From assembly GCA_035696345.1 (NCBI GenBank), contig DASRQU010000061.1, forward strand, positions 4,599 through 68,598: a stretch of DNA of 64,000 bases, written 5' to 3'. The DNA comes from Candidatus Acidiferrales bacterium (GTDB taxonomy: Bacteria; Acidobacteriota; Terriglobia; Acidiferrales; UBA7541). Below, piece by piece: positions 26,904 to 36,014 of the stretch. The notes beneath the pieces were generated by a model. It did no database searches. It was not told where the DNA came from and saw nothing but the letters and a program-made list of their open reading frames with translations. Position 1 is the stretch's first letter. Each line of letters opens with the position of its first letter. The position numbers and the translations under genes were made by a program.

Positions 26904-28496
26904 TTGTCAACGCCAGATTCGTTAGTTCTGAACACTGAGCCCGAAAAAGTCGCGAGCAGGTCGCCCGCGACCACCCCTGAATTTCAGCCTAACAGTCTGG
27001 TGCCCGTGCTTCTTGGTTGGCTGGTTATCGGAGCCGTAACGGCGACGGTCTTGGCGATAACCATGAAAAATCTCGGTCACTGGTACTACCCGCTCGACGA
27101 TACGTACATCGGCATGTCAATTTCGAAGCACCTGGCTCGCTTCGGCGTGTGGGGGACGTCCTCCCGATTTGCTTCGGCCAGTTCGACTCCCGGATTTGCC
27201 GTCCTTCTGACAGTTCTTTACATGGTGTTCGGTTACAGTGAGTACATCCCTCTCGCGACGTGCCTGGTTTGTACGTTTGGCTGTATTTACGTTTCGAACC
27301 GGCTGTTTCGCGGTTCAAGCGTTCTTTTTCGGTCTGCGGTAACTGTGTTGCTCGCTGTAATGGTCCCGTTTTCAACCATGGTTCTGATTGGAATGGAGCA
27401 CGCGCTACAAATTTTGCTCTGCTTGATTTTCCTTGATTGGGTACTCCCCTGTATCGTCGAGAAATCTGAAATCGACTGGAAGGTTCTCACAGTCGCCGCG
27501 CTGGCTGTGTCTGTTCGATATGAGGATCTATTCGTCGTTGCCGGTGCGTGTTTTATTTTGCTCATTCAACGTCGTTTGAAGTCGTTAGCGCTTCTAACCG
27601 CTGCGGCCTTTTTGCCGGTGGGCGCCTTCGGTCTTTACTTCCGGGCGCACGGCGGGGAATGGTTGCCGAACTCGGTCCTCCTGAAAGGCGGCTTCAACAT
27701 CTATCGCATCCCCACCCTGATCCGATATGGCCCGCACATGATTTTTCCCATGGCCATATTCGCGATCTTGGCATGGCGCTTTCGAAAACGGTTCGACACG
27801 CGAGCACGTGCCTCCGCCATAATCACCGCGGTTGCGCTGTGGTTACACTTTACATTTGCCGGCTATGGTTGGGTATACAGGTATGAAGCGTACCTGATTG
27901 CTCTGGCTGTAATATCGATTGGATTGATCTACGCTGAGCAACGCGTCCCCTTTAAATTCACTGTTGCGGTTTTGCTGGCGGCGGCGTTCATGTTTCTCCA
28001 CACCGTGTACGCGACTGCCACCATCCCTGAAAGATCGCGTGTGTTTTATACGCAGCAATTTCAGACCATGAAACTGATTCAGAATATGCAAGTGCCGACG
28101 GCCGTGAACGATCTTGGGGCGGCCACTTATTTCACGGACGTGCCGATATTGGACCTGGTCGGATTGGGAAGCCAGGATGCTTTCGAACTTCGCTATAAGC
28201 GAAAATATACGACGAACGACATCCGCAACCTTGTAATTGCCCATCACGTCCAGGTGATCGCCATTTATGCGAATTGGTTCAGCACGAAGCCTTTCGCCCC
28301 ATGGGGAGGTCCTCCTCTTCCGTCTGAATATGTTTTGATTGCGAAAATCTACTCGCCAGATCCCTACCGTTACGCTTCGGTTGATACGGTCAGCTACTAC
28401 GCCGTTCCCGGTTCCGAGGGAATGTTGCGCACGGCACTGGAAAAACTTCAGCCAACTATGCCGCGATGGGACTCCTTGACATTCGAACCTCGCTAG
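26904..28496 (+). CDS. Polytopic membrane protein, GT-C (ArnT/PMT)-like glycosyltransferase candidate
   Basis: More than 10 hydrophobic segments. The first loop YPLDDTYIGMSISKH resembles the acidic DD/DE loop of GT-C enzymes. A soluble C-terminal domain of about 130 aa. TTG start is uncertain (alternative ATG 27063). Confidence 0.65.
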   Translation: MSTPDSLVLNTEPEKVASRSPATTPEFQPNSLVPVLLGWLVIGAVTATVLAITMKNLGHWYYPLDDTYIGMSISKHLARFGVWGTSSRFASASSTPGFAVLLTVLYMVFGYSEYIPLATCLVCTFGCIYVSNRLFRGSSVLFRSAVTVLLAVMVPFSTMVLIGMEHALQILLCLIFLDWVLPCIVEKSEIDWKVLTVAALAVSVRYEDLFVVAGACFILLIQRRLKSLALLTAAAFLPVGAFGLYFRAHGGEWLPNSVLLKGGFNIYRIPTLIRYGPHMIFPMAIFAILAWRFRKRFDTRARASAIITAVALWLHFTFAGYGWVYRYEAYLIALAVISIGLIYAEQRVPFKFTVAVLLAAAFMFLHTVYATATIPERSRVFYTQQFQTMKLIQNMQVPTAVNDLGAATYFTDVPILDLVGLGSQDAFELRYKRKYTTNDIRNLVIAHHVQVIAIYANWFSTKPFAPWGGPPLPSEYVLIAKIYSPDPYRYASVDTVSYYAVPGSEGMLRTALEKLQPTMPRWDSLTFEPR

Positions 28497-28788
28497 GAAT
28501 TTTTGTCTTAGACCGTGAGTCTCCTGCGCTTGATCTCCGGGATCCGGTTCTATGACAGTCCTCTTAGTGTCTACATTTGGTTACACTCCCAGATACTTTC
28601 AAGCGCGTTTCGGTTGCAGCAAACTCGATTCCCAGAGGCATTTTGCCTGTAAGTTATTCAAAATAGAAGCCTGCCATTGGCCGCGGAATTGCAATTCCAA
28701 TGCGAGAGTCCAGATCCCGTTCGCCTGGAACTGCGTCCGGCGCCAGACGGATCCTGAATTGCCCGTAAGTTCGAGGACTGGAGGATGC

Positions 28789-30078
28789 ATGGTCGTGTCG
28801 AATCGTATCGAAGAACACAAAATAGCATCCCATTCCACAACCACTCCTGACTCGAACTTCGCATTCGACCTTTCTAAGAGAATCCCGGAGCTCGATGGCT
28901 TGCGGGGTCTGGCTATTGGAATGGTCGTTTTTATGCATTGCGTGTGGGTGGGGAACGGGGATTCATCGTCACACTTTCTGAACTATGTCAGCATGGCGGC
29001 CAGACCGTTTTGGTCGGCTGTGGATCTCTTCTTTGTCCTGTCTGGATTTCTGATCGGCGGAAATCTGCTGGACGCTCGAACCTCCCAAAATTACTTTTCC
29101 ACGTTTTACATTCGGCGTTTTTGCCGCGTGCTTCCGATTTATTTGCTTTTCATTGGCCTGGTTGGTGCTTCCTACCAACTTATCTATTTGCGCGTAGGCG
29201 GACCTTTAGATTGGCTCTATGCCGGGAAAATACCGTGGTATGCGTATCTCTCCTTCGGACAGAACTTTTGGATGGCGAAAGGCAATTACTGGGGGCCGAG
29301 TATCCTCGCGGTCACCTGGGCATTTGCGGTAGAAGTTCAGTTCTATCTTATTGTGCCTGCGATCATTCGATTCGTGCGCCGGTCGGCGCTCCCCTATGTA
29401 TTTGTTGCAGGCTTCGTGATTGCACCCATCATCCGGACATATCTGGGTCTCCACTTTCAGTTATTTGCAACCTACGTGCTCCTACCCAGCCGAATGGATT
29501 CCTTGTTCCTTGGCCTGCTGTGCGCGTACCTCCTGCGCGAACAAAAAAAATTGAACTGGTTTCTCAACCATCAAAGAAGAATATGGGCCGTGTTGCTCGT
29601 ATTGGTCGCGGGAATTCCGCTTGTGTGTACCTACGGAATTCCGTACACACTTCTCTGGGTACTAGTGGGTTACGGCTGGACAGCACTTCTATATGCAGCG
29701 GTATTGATCCTGGCGGTAACCAACTCCCGATGTTTTATAAGCCGCGCATTGCGCTGGAAATGGTTGCGGGGATTCGGAACAATTTCTTACGGCGTTTATC
29801 TTTTCCATTATTTAGTTTACGGCCTCTGTATGTGGCTATTCGGACTGCAGCGAACCCTGCCTGTGGACTGGAAGGACTTCTGGGTCGCCTGCCTGGCAGT
29901 CGCTATCACGACGGCTCTTGCCAGCCTGTCCTGGGTATATTTCGAAAAGCCGATTGTTCGCTGGAGCCATAAACGGCGCTACGATTCGCGAGCTCAGGTC
30001 GAGAACAACGTCCGAGATCCCAATCTTACGAGCGAAAGCGCGAGCGGTCTACCTACCTTTGATATGGCTGCCAAGTAA
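28789..30078 (+). CDS. Acyltransferase-3 family membrane O-acyltransferase, paralogue 1 of 3
   Basis: ATG 28789 follows GGACTGGAGGA. RIPELDGLRGLAIGMVVFMHC and FFVLSGFLIG are the AT3 signature. 429 codons. The longer ORF from 28552 has no support. Confidence 0.85.
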   Translation: MVVSNRIEEHKIASHSTTTPDSNFAFDLSKRIPELDGLRGLAIGMVVFMHCVWVGNGDSSSHFLNYVSMAARPFWSAVDLFFVLSGFLIGGNLLDARTSQNYFSTFYIRRFCRVLPIYLLFIGLVGASYQLIYLRVGGPLDWLYAGKIPWYAYLSFGQNFWMAKGNYWGPSILAVTWAFAVEVQFYLIVPAIIRFVRRSALPYVFVAGFVIAPIIRTYLGLHFQLFATYVLLPSRMDSLFLGLLCAYLLREQKKLNWFLNHQRRIWAVLLVLVAGIPLVCTYGIPYTLLWVLVGYGWTALLYAAVLILAVTNSRCFISRALRWKWLRGFGTISYGVYLFHYLVYGLCMWLFGLQRTLPVDWKDFWVACLAVAITTALASLSWVYFEKPIVRWSHKRRYDSRAQVENNVRDPNLTSESASGLPTFDMAAK

Positions 30079-30336
30079 AAAGCATAGGCCGAGCCTATCC
30101 AGGTGCCGTGGTGTAGTTCAAAAGGTGGAATCCGGGCATAGGCAAAATTGAATTCAGCGCTCTTTTGGTTGTCTCTTATTGTGCACGTTCGATCTTCGCA
30201 TCGGTCACGATTCTAGCTCCTTACTTACATTTTTCGCCGATGAGGACACGTAAGTCGTTGAAGTTGCGGACACGACCTTGGCCACTGAATTGCTAAACAT
30301 ACTGAATCGCCCATAGGTTCGAGGACTGGAGGATGT

Positions 30337-31626
30337 GTGGTCAGGTCGAATAGTATCGAAGAACACGAGAGAGCATTTCATTCCACAACCAATCCTGGGT
30401 CGCGTGCAGCACTCGACCTTTCTAAGAGAATCCCGGAGCTCGATGGCTTACGAGGTCTGGCTATTGGAATGGTCGTTTTTATGCATTGCGTGTGGCTGGG
30501 GAATGGGGCTTCCTCGTCACACTTTCTGAACTATGTCAGCGTGGCGGTCAGACCGTTTTGGTCGGCTGTGGATCTCTTCTTTGTCCTGTCTGGATTTCTG
30601 ATCGGCGGCAATCTGCTGGACGCTCGAACTTCCCAAAATTACTTTTCTACGTTTTACATTCGGCGTTTTTGCCGCGTGCTTCCGATTTATTTGCTTTTCA
30701 TTGGCCTGGTTGGTGTTTCCTACCAACTTATCTATTTGCGCGTAGGCGCATCTTTAGATTGGCTCTATGCCGGACAAATACCGTGGTATGGGTATCTCTC
30801 TTTCGGACAGAACTATTGGATGGCCAGATACAATTACACCGGGCCTATAATTCTAGCAATCACCTGGGCGTTTGCGGTAGAAGTTCAGTTCTATCTTATT
30901 GTGCCTGCGATCGTTCGGTTTGTGCGGCGTTCGGCGCTCCCCTATGTATTCGTTGCAGGCTTCGTGATTGCACCCATCTTCCGGACATATATGGGTCTGC
31001 ATTATCATCTGTTTGCAACGTACGTGCTCTTACCCAGCCGAATGGATTCCTTATTTCTTGGCCTGCTGTGCGCGTACCTCCTGCGCGATCAAAAAACATG
31101 GAATTGGTTTCTCAACCATCAAAGAAGACTATGGGCCGTGTTGCTCGCATTAGTCGCAGGAATTATTCCCTGGTGTACGCATGGGATTCCCTACACGCTC
31201 CTCTGGGTAATCGTGGGCTACGGCTGGTCGGCACTGTTATATGCAACGGTATTGATCCTGGCGGTAACCAACTCGCGAAGCTTCATGAGCCGCGTGTTGC
31301 GCTGGAAACCGTTGCAGGGATTTGGAACAATTTCTTACGGCGTTTATCTTTTTCATTATGCGTTTTATGGCCTCTGCATGTGGCTATTCGGAATGCAGCG
31401 AACACTGCCTGTCGAATGGAAAAATCTCTGGGTCTCCTGCCTGGCAGTCGCGATCACAACGGCTCTTGCCAGCCTGTCCTGGGTATATTTCGAAAAGCCT
31501 ATTGTGCGCTGGAGCCATAAACGGCGATATGATTCGCCAGCTCCGTTTGAAAACGCTATCCGGGATATCGGTCATACAAGCGAACGCGTGGAGAGCCTGC
31601 CGAGACTTAACATGGCCGCCAAGTAA
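30337..31626 (+). CDS. Acyltransferase-3 family membrane O-acyltransferase, paralogue 2 of 3
   Basis: GTG start follows the same GGACTGGAGGA context. 429 codons, collinear with paralogue 1 at a constant 1548-nt offset. Confidence 0.85.
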   Translation: MVRSNSIEEHERAFHSTTNPGSRAALDLSKRIPELDGLRGLAIGMVVFMHCVWLGNGASSSHFLNYVSVAVRPFWSAVDLFFVLSGFLIGGNLLDARTSQNYFSTFYIRRFCRVLPIYLLFIGLVGVSYQLIYLRVGASLDWLYAGQIPWYGYLSFGQNYWMARYNYTGPIILAITWAFAVEVQFYLIVPAIVRFVRRSALPYVFVAGFVIAPIFRTYMGLHYHLFATYVLLPSRMDSLFLGLLCAYLLRDQKTWNWFLNHQRRLWAVLLALVAGIIPWCTHGIPYTLLWVIVGYGWSALLYATVLILAVTNSRSFMSRVLRWKPLQGFGTISYGVYLFHYAFYGLCMWLFGMQRTLPVEWKNLWVSCLAVAITTALASLSWVYFEKPIVRWSHKRRYDSPAPFENAIRDIGHTSERVESLPRLNMAAK

Positions 31627-31745
31627 AAAGTATCGATCAAGTTCCCAAGAGCGGTTGAAGAAATTGGAATGCCAATACGTCAATCTACCGTTTGAAACTG
31701 TGCTGTGGGAAGCGGCCAGCGGTTTCACGGCCGGGCTGCGTTAAT

Positions 31746-33035
31746 ATGTTGAAGCGAACTGAAGAACACGAGAGCGCACTCCACTCCACAGGTATGGGGG
31801 GCTCGCGCGCAGCGCTCGACCTTTCGAAAAGGATCCCGGAGCTCGATGGCCTGCGCGGCCTGGCTATTGGAATGGTCGTGTTTATGCATTGCGTGCGGCT
31901 GGGGATTGCGGATAATCCAAACCGCCTAATGAGCTATGTTCGCGTAGGGACCCGACCATTTGGATCGGCGGTCGAGCTATTCTTTGTCTTGTCTGGATTT
32001 CTGATTGGCGGCAATCTCCTGGATGCCCGTAATTCGCAAAATTACTTTTCCACGTTTTACATTCGACGTTTCTGCCGCGTGCTTCCCATTTATTTGCTTT
32101 TTATTGGTTTGGTCGGGGTTTCATACCACCTTATTTATTTGCGGGTTGGCGCGCCTTTAAGTTGGCTGTATGCCGGGCAAATACCCTGGTACGCATATCT
32201 TTCTTTCGGACAGAATTTCTGGATGGCTAAAGCCAATTACGGAGGGGCTACGATTTTAGGAATTACCTGGGCATTTGCGGTAGAGGTTCAGTTTTATCTT
32301 CTTGCGCCCGCGATCATTCGATTTGTGCGCCGGTCGGCGCTCCCCTACGTATTTGCGGCAGGATTCGTGATTGCACCCGTCATCCGGACATATATAGCTC
32401 TTCATTTTCCATCCAAATTAATTTCAACCTACGTCCTTTTACCGAGTCGAATGGATTCCTTGTTTCTCGGGCTACTGTGTGCGTACCTTCTGCGTGAAAA
32501 AACCGTATGGAGATGGTTTCTCAATCATCAAAGAAGAATATGGGCGGTCTTGCTCACATTGGTCTCGGGAATTCCCCTTCTGTTCACGAATGGAAGTCCG
32601 TATACGATCCTGTGGATAGTGGTGGGTTACGGTTGGACAGCTCTGTTATATGCAGCAATATTGATCCTCGCACTGACCAACTCCCGAAGCTTTATAAGCC
32701 GGGCGCTGCACTGGCGCTGGTTGAGAGGGCTCGGAACAATTTCGTACGGCGTCTACCTTTTTCACTTTGGCATTTATGGCATCTGCAAGTGGTTATTTAA
32801 AGCGCACGCGTATCTGCTCGTCGATTGGAAGGATTTTGCGGTAACCTGCGTGGCAGTTGCAATCACGATCGCTCTTGCCAGCCTGTCCTGGGTATATTTC
32901 GAAAAGCCTATCGTGCGCTGGAGCCAAAAACGGCGCTACGATTCGTCAGCCCAGCTTGAGAACTCAGTCCGGTATCACAATCTTACGAGCGAGAGCGCGA
33001 GTGATCTACCCAGCCTGGATATGGCTGCAAAGTAG
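31746..33035 (+). CDS. Acyltransferase-3 family membrane O-acyltransferase, paralogue 3 of 3
   Basis: ATG 31746 (MLKRTEEHESALHS...). 429 codons, with the same AT3 motifs and the same C-terminal tail ..LDMAAK. Confidence 0.85.
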   Translation: MLKRTEEHESALHSTGMGGSRAALDLSKRIPELDGLRGLAIGMVVFMHCVRLGIADNPNRLMSYVRVGTRPFGSAVELFFVLSGFLIGGNLLDARNSQNYFSTFYIRRFCRVLPIYLLFIGLVGVSYHLIYLRVGAPLSWLYAGQIPWYAYLSFGQNFWMAKANYGGATILGITWAFAVEVQFYLLAPAIIRFVRRSALPYVFAAGFVIAPVIRTYIALHFPSKLISTYVLLPSRMDSLFLGLLCAYLLREKTVWRWFLNHQRRIWAVLLTLVSGIPLLFTNGSPYTILWIVVGYGWTALLYAAILILALTNSRSFISRALHWRWLRGLGTISYGVYLFHFGIYGICKWLFKAHAYLLVDWKDFAVTCVAVAITIALASLSWVYFEKPIVRWSQKRRYDSSAQLENSVRYHNLTSESASDLPSLDMAAK

Positions 33036-33328
33036 GCGGAGCCAGCGAGTTGGGAGAACTTCGATCTTCGTTGTAGCCCCATGCGGGGCATTCAGCGTGG
33101 CCGTTGTGTCCTGGGCGTGACGGTGGGCGGTCCACCGTTCCAACTGCAAGCCAGCACCCCTGCAAAACCGTCTCGTTGGCTTCTTTCAGGCGATTAGCTG
33201 GTGATTGAAGGCCGATGTCTTCAAGGCATTACTTCAAGACCGCCGCCGACAACTCTATTCGAGATAACAGCAAGTCGCAGCAAATTTGACCAATTTGTGC
33301 TTTCAGAGGGGAAATGGGACCGTCAGAC

Positions 33329-35536
33329 CTACTTTTGTCCATGCAACATGGCATTAATTCTTCCCAAAACGCCGCCCCTGTCTTCCGGATCAGCGTCGCT
33401 CGATACGGCATCGCCCGTATCATTCGTCTTTTTCAACGCTCCGGTGGGTAGCGGAATTCGGATGAGCTGCCCATCTTGCAGATGATCGAGGTTTTTCAGG
33501 TCAGGATTCAGTACTTGAATTTGATCGGATAATTTAGTGTCAAAACGGCCAATGTAGCGCAGGCTCAGGTCGCGAATGGATTGGTTTGCGCTCGCGGCTA
33601 CAGTGAGAATTACGCCGTCATTTGTTTCCATGGGCGCGGCGTCGTAGCTCGACGTCCCGTTTTCCGAGGACAGGCCCGCGCCCAAAGGACCGATGGACCC
33701 AGAAGAACTGTCAAACGAATGCGGGGTGATGCCGCGCCTGGATTGCGAACGGCCGAGGATCGCGAGCGCGAGAATCGCCGAAAGCAGAATTGCCGTCACG
33801 ATCACGGAACGAATCTGCCATCGTTTCAAACTTCGGTGCTTGTAATCCTCGTAGGAAATAAAATCGGTCGCGGTCCGACCTGTTTTAGGAGGCAACGTGA
33901 CCGGGGTTAGGGCCGGCTTAGGGAGAGGCTTGAACGGCAGAGTTGCAGCGTGCGTAGCAGCGGCCGCCGCAGGAAGCGGCGGGGCGGGAGTGGGCCGCGC
34001 AACTTGCGCCGAGGCTGCGGGAGAGATCGCGGCAATGGGTGTGGCAGCCGCGACAGGAATAGTGTCGTTCGCGGCCGCGCTCACCGCGCCGGTCGGTGCG
34101 GGCCCCGCGATCGTTTGTGCTGGGGGCAAGGCATTGTCTGCGGCTTCATCCACTGTACTTTTTGCTGCAACAGGTGCCAGAAGAGGCGCCGGGCCGGGCA
34201 CGATAATTTTTGGCGGAGCGGCTATGGAGATCGGCGCGAGTTCCGGCATCGCCGCCTGCGGCAGCGTCATATCCGGCACGGGCGCGGCATCGTAGGCAGC
34301 GGCTTGCTGCAACGCGGGCGGCTGGACTAGCGTCGGCTCGGCCGCTACCATTTCTTGCGGAGCGGTTGCGGGTGTGAATACGATTGTCCGCGGGACGGAA
34401 GGAACGGATTTGACCACGGTACGAGTCTGCGACGCGGGCACCGATCCTGTCTGAGGCGCCCAAGCTGGAGGAGGGGGCTGAGTTGGAACGGGTTCGGCAA
34501 CCTTCGGCGGCTTCGAAATCAAAGCTTCCAGATCGAGGCTGGCCACGGCCTTGCGCACGGTATCCGCCGTCACGATACGCTGTCTTCGGTGAAAGGCCGC
34601 CAGCATGGAATTGAAGCAAATGTTATTAATATTTCGCGGGATGCCGTCGCTCTGCGTCGCAATTTCATCGAGCGCGCCGGAATCAAAAATCGGTTCGCCA
34701 CTCTGCCCTGCGACCGTGAGCCTGTGCACAATATAACTAGCGGTTTCTTTCGCGGTAAATGGCTCCAGATGGCTGACGACGGCGATGCGCTGACGGAGTT
34801 GAGTGAGCCTGGGCTCGGCGAGTTTCGAGGCCAACCGCGGCTGTCCGGCCAAAATAATTTGGACCAACTTTGCATTGTGTGTCTCGAAATTCGACAGCAT
34901 GCGCACGGTTTCGAGTACCGCGTCATCGAGGTTTTGCGCTTCGTCCACCACTAGCACAAACCGCTTCCCTGCCAGCAACTGGTTAAACAGAATCTCGTTG
35001 AGTTTGCCGTGCATGGTGACCAGGCCCATGCCCTCGGGCTCGACGCCTAATTCCTGAAGAATATACGCAATCAACTCGCGAGAGTTGCACTGGGTTTGTG
35101 ACACGAGAACGGTTCGCGCGCTGTCATGCAGATCTTCCAGCAGACGATAAAGCAATGTAGTTTTGCCCATGCCGGGTTGGGCAATCAGCGCAAAAAAGCC
35201 GCGATTTTCCATCACGCCAAATTTTAAGGCGGAAAGCGCATCCCGGTGGGTATCGCTGGCGTACAGGTATGCGGGATCGGGAGTCATCCCGAATGGCTGT
35301 TCGCGCAGACCAAAAAAATCTAGAAGCATAGAAGTTGGCTCGTGATTTGGCTGACGGCCGGAATAATTCAAAACCTGGTGTTGTTCCGGCGCAGCCGAAA
35401 GCTGCAACAATTCCTCTTCAGCCGCCATCCAGTTGTCACGTTCCGTGCCATTTTCACAACCGCGCTGCACATAAATCTCAAACGCGCGCTTGGCGATCTG
35501 GTCCTGGGTGGGGCGCTTATCGTTCAATCCGGCCAT
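33329..35536 (-). CDS. ExeA-like AAA ATPase: DUF2934 - AAA(ExeA/AAA_22) - Pro/Ala-rich linker - TM - LysM-like domain
   Basis: Start taken at MAGLNDKRPTQDQIAKRAFEIYVQRGCENGTERDNWMAAEEELL (DUF2934). FFGLREQPFGMTPDP...AQPGMGKTTL (Walker A) and VLVVDEAQNL (Walker B). TM segment VIVTAILLSAILALAIL. C-terminal IRDLSLRYIG...VLNPDLKNLDHLQDGQLIRIP is LysM-like. Confidence 0.8.
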   Translation of the reverse strand: MAGLNDKRPTQDQIAKRAFEIYVQRGCENGTERDNWMAAEEELLQLSAAPEQHQVLNYSGRQPNHEPTSMLLDFFGLREQPFGMTPDPAYLYASDTHRDALSALKFGVMENRGFFALIAQPGMGKTTLLYRLLEDLHDSARTVLVSQTQCNSRELIAYILQELGVEPEGMGLVTMHGKLNEILFNQLLAGKRFVLVVDEAQNLDDAVLETVRMLSNFETHNAKLVQIILAGQPRLASKLAEPRLTQLRQRIAVVSHLEPFTAKETASYIVHRLTVAGQSGEPIFDSGALDEIATQSDGIPRNINNICFNSMLAAFHRRQRIVTADTVRKAVASLDLEALISKPPKVAEPVPTQPPPPAWAPQTGSVPASQTRTVVKSVPSVPRTIVFTPATAPQEMVAAEPTLVQPPALQQAAAYDAAPVPDMTLPQAAMPELAPISIAAPPKIIVPGPAPLLAPVAAKSTVDEAADNALPPAQTIAGPAPTGAVSAAANDTIPVAAATPIAAISPAASAQVARPTPAPPLPAAAAATHAATLPFKPLPKPALTPVTLPPKTGRTATDFISYEDYKHRSLKRWQIRSVIVTAILLSAILALAILGRSQSRRGITPHSFDSSSGSIGPLGAGLSSENGTSSYDAAPMETNDGVILTVAASANQSIRDLSLRYIGRFDTKLSDQIQVLNPDLKNLDHLQDGQLIRIPLPTGALKKTNDTGDAVSSDADPEDRGGVLGRINAMLHGQK

Positions 35537-36014
35537 AACTTGCGGGGGGCTGGGCGCCCAATTCCCCTTGGAGTTGTTCCCCGCGCACCGTACCGGCTCA
35601 GAATATATGTGCAATCGAATTGCCAATCCCGATCGCAAAAAGTACTATTCTCAATCCCGTGCACCGTGTGGGTCTTTTATCTTATCTTCACTCAAAATAC
35701 CCATCAAATATACACGCCGCGCGGGCACACCCGTCAAGGTCAACTATCTGAATTCCCGATCACGGGCGGGGTGGGGGCTGGTGCCGAAAAGGCGGTTTGT
35801 CTCTCCTAGTGCACGTTGGCTTCTCAGGACGGGCAGCTTTCGTTCGCAGAACGCAAACAAGGGCGCGTGCAACCAAGCAAATTGAAAAGCCAAATCGCCC
35901 TCTCCGTCTCAAAAACTAAGAGACGGAGACCTCTACGAAACACGTCTTCCAGAACTCTACTTGCCGTCGAGCTGACGGCTGTGACATGATTCGGCGCAAA
36001 AGTGGAGGTGTGTG

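Noticed and set aside
28552-28788. The N-terminal extension of acyltransferase 1 (ORF track start at 28552). Similar upstream extensions occur for other genes: 7153..8064, 1937, 13082, 17418, 31692, 35638, 42704, 47555 and 59642.
   Set aside because: The internal starts have SD sequences or signal peptides, or they match the paralogues' N-termini. The extensions translate repeats or intergenic DNA.
28938-31520. Two 344-aa same-strand alternative-frame ORFs (28938..29972 and 30486..31520) embedded in acyltransferase paralogues 1 and 2. This is striking because the region is not GC-rich.
   Set aside because: Their products are Arg/Cys-rich with no membrane or domain logic. They are open in both copies simply because the copies are recent duplicates. 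The equivalent frame in paralogue 3 is broken, with only a 97-aa ORF at 32507..32800. There is no RBS or start context.
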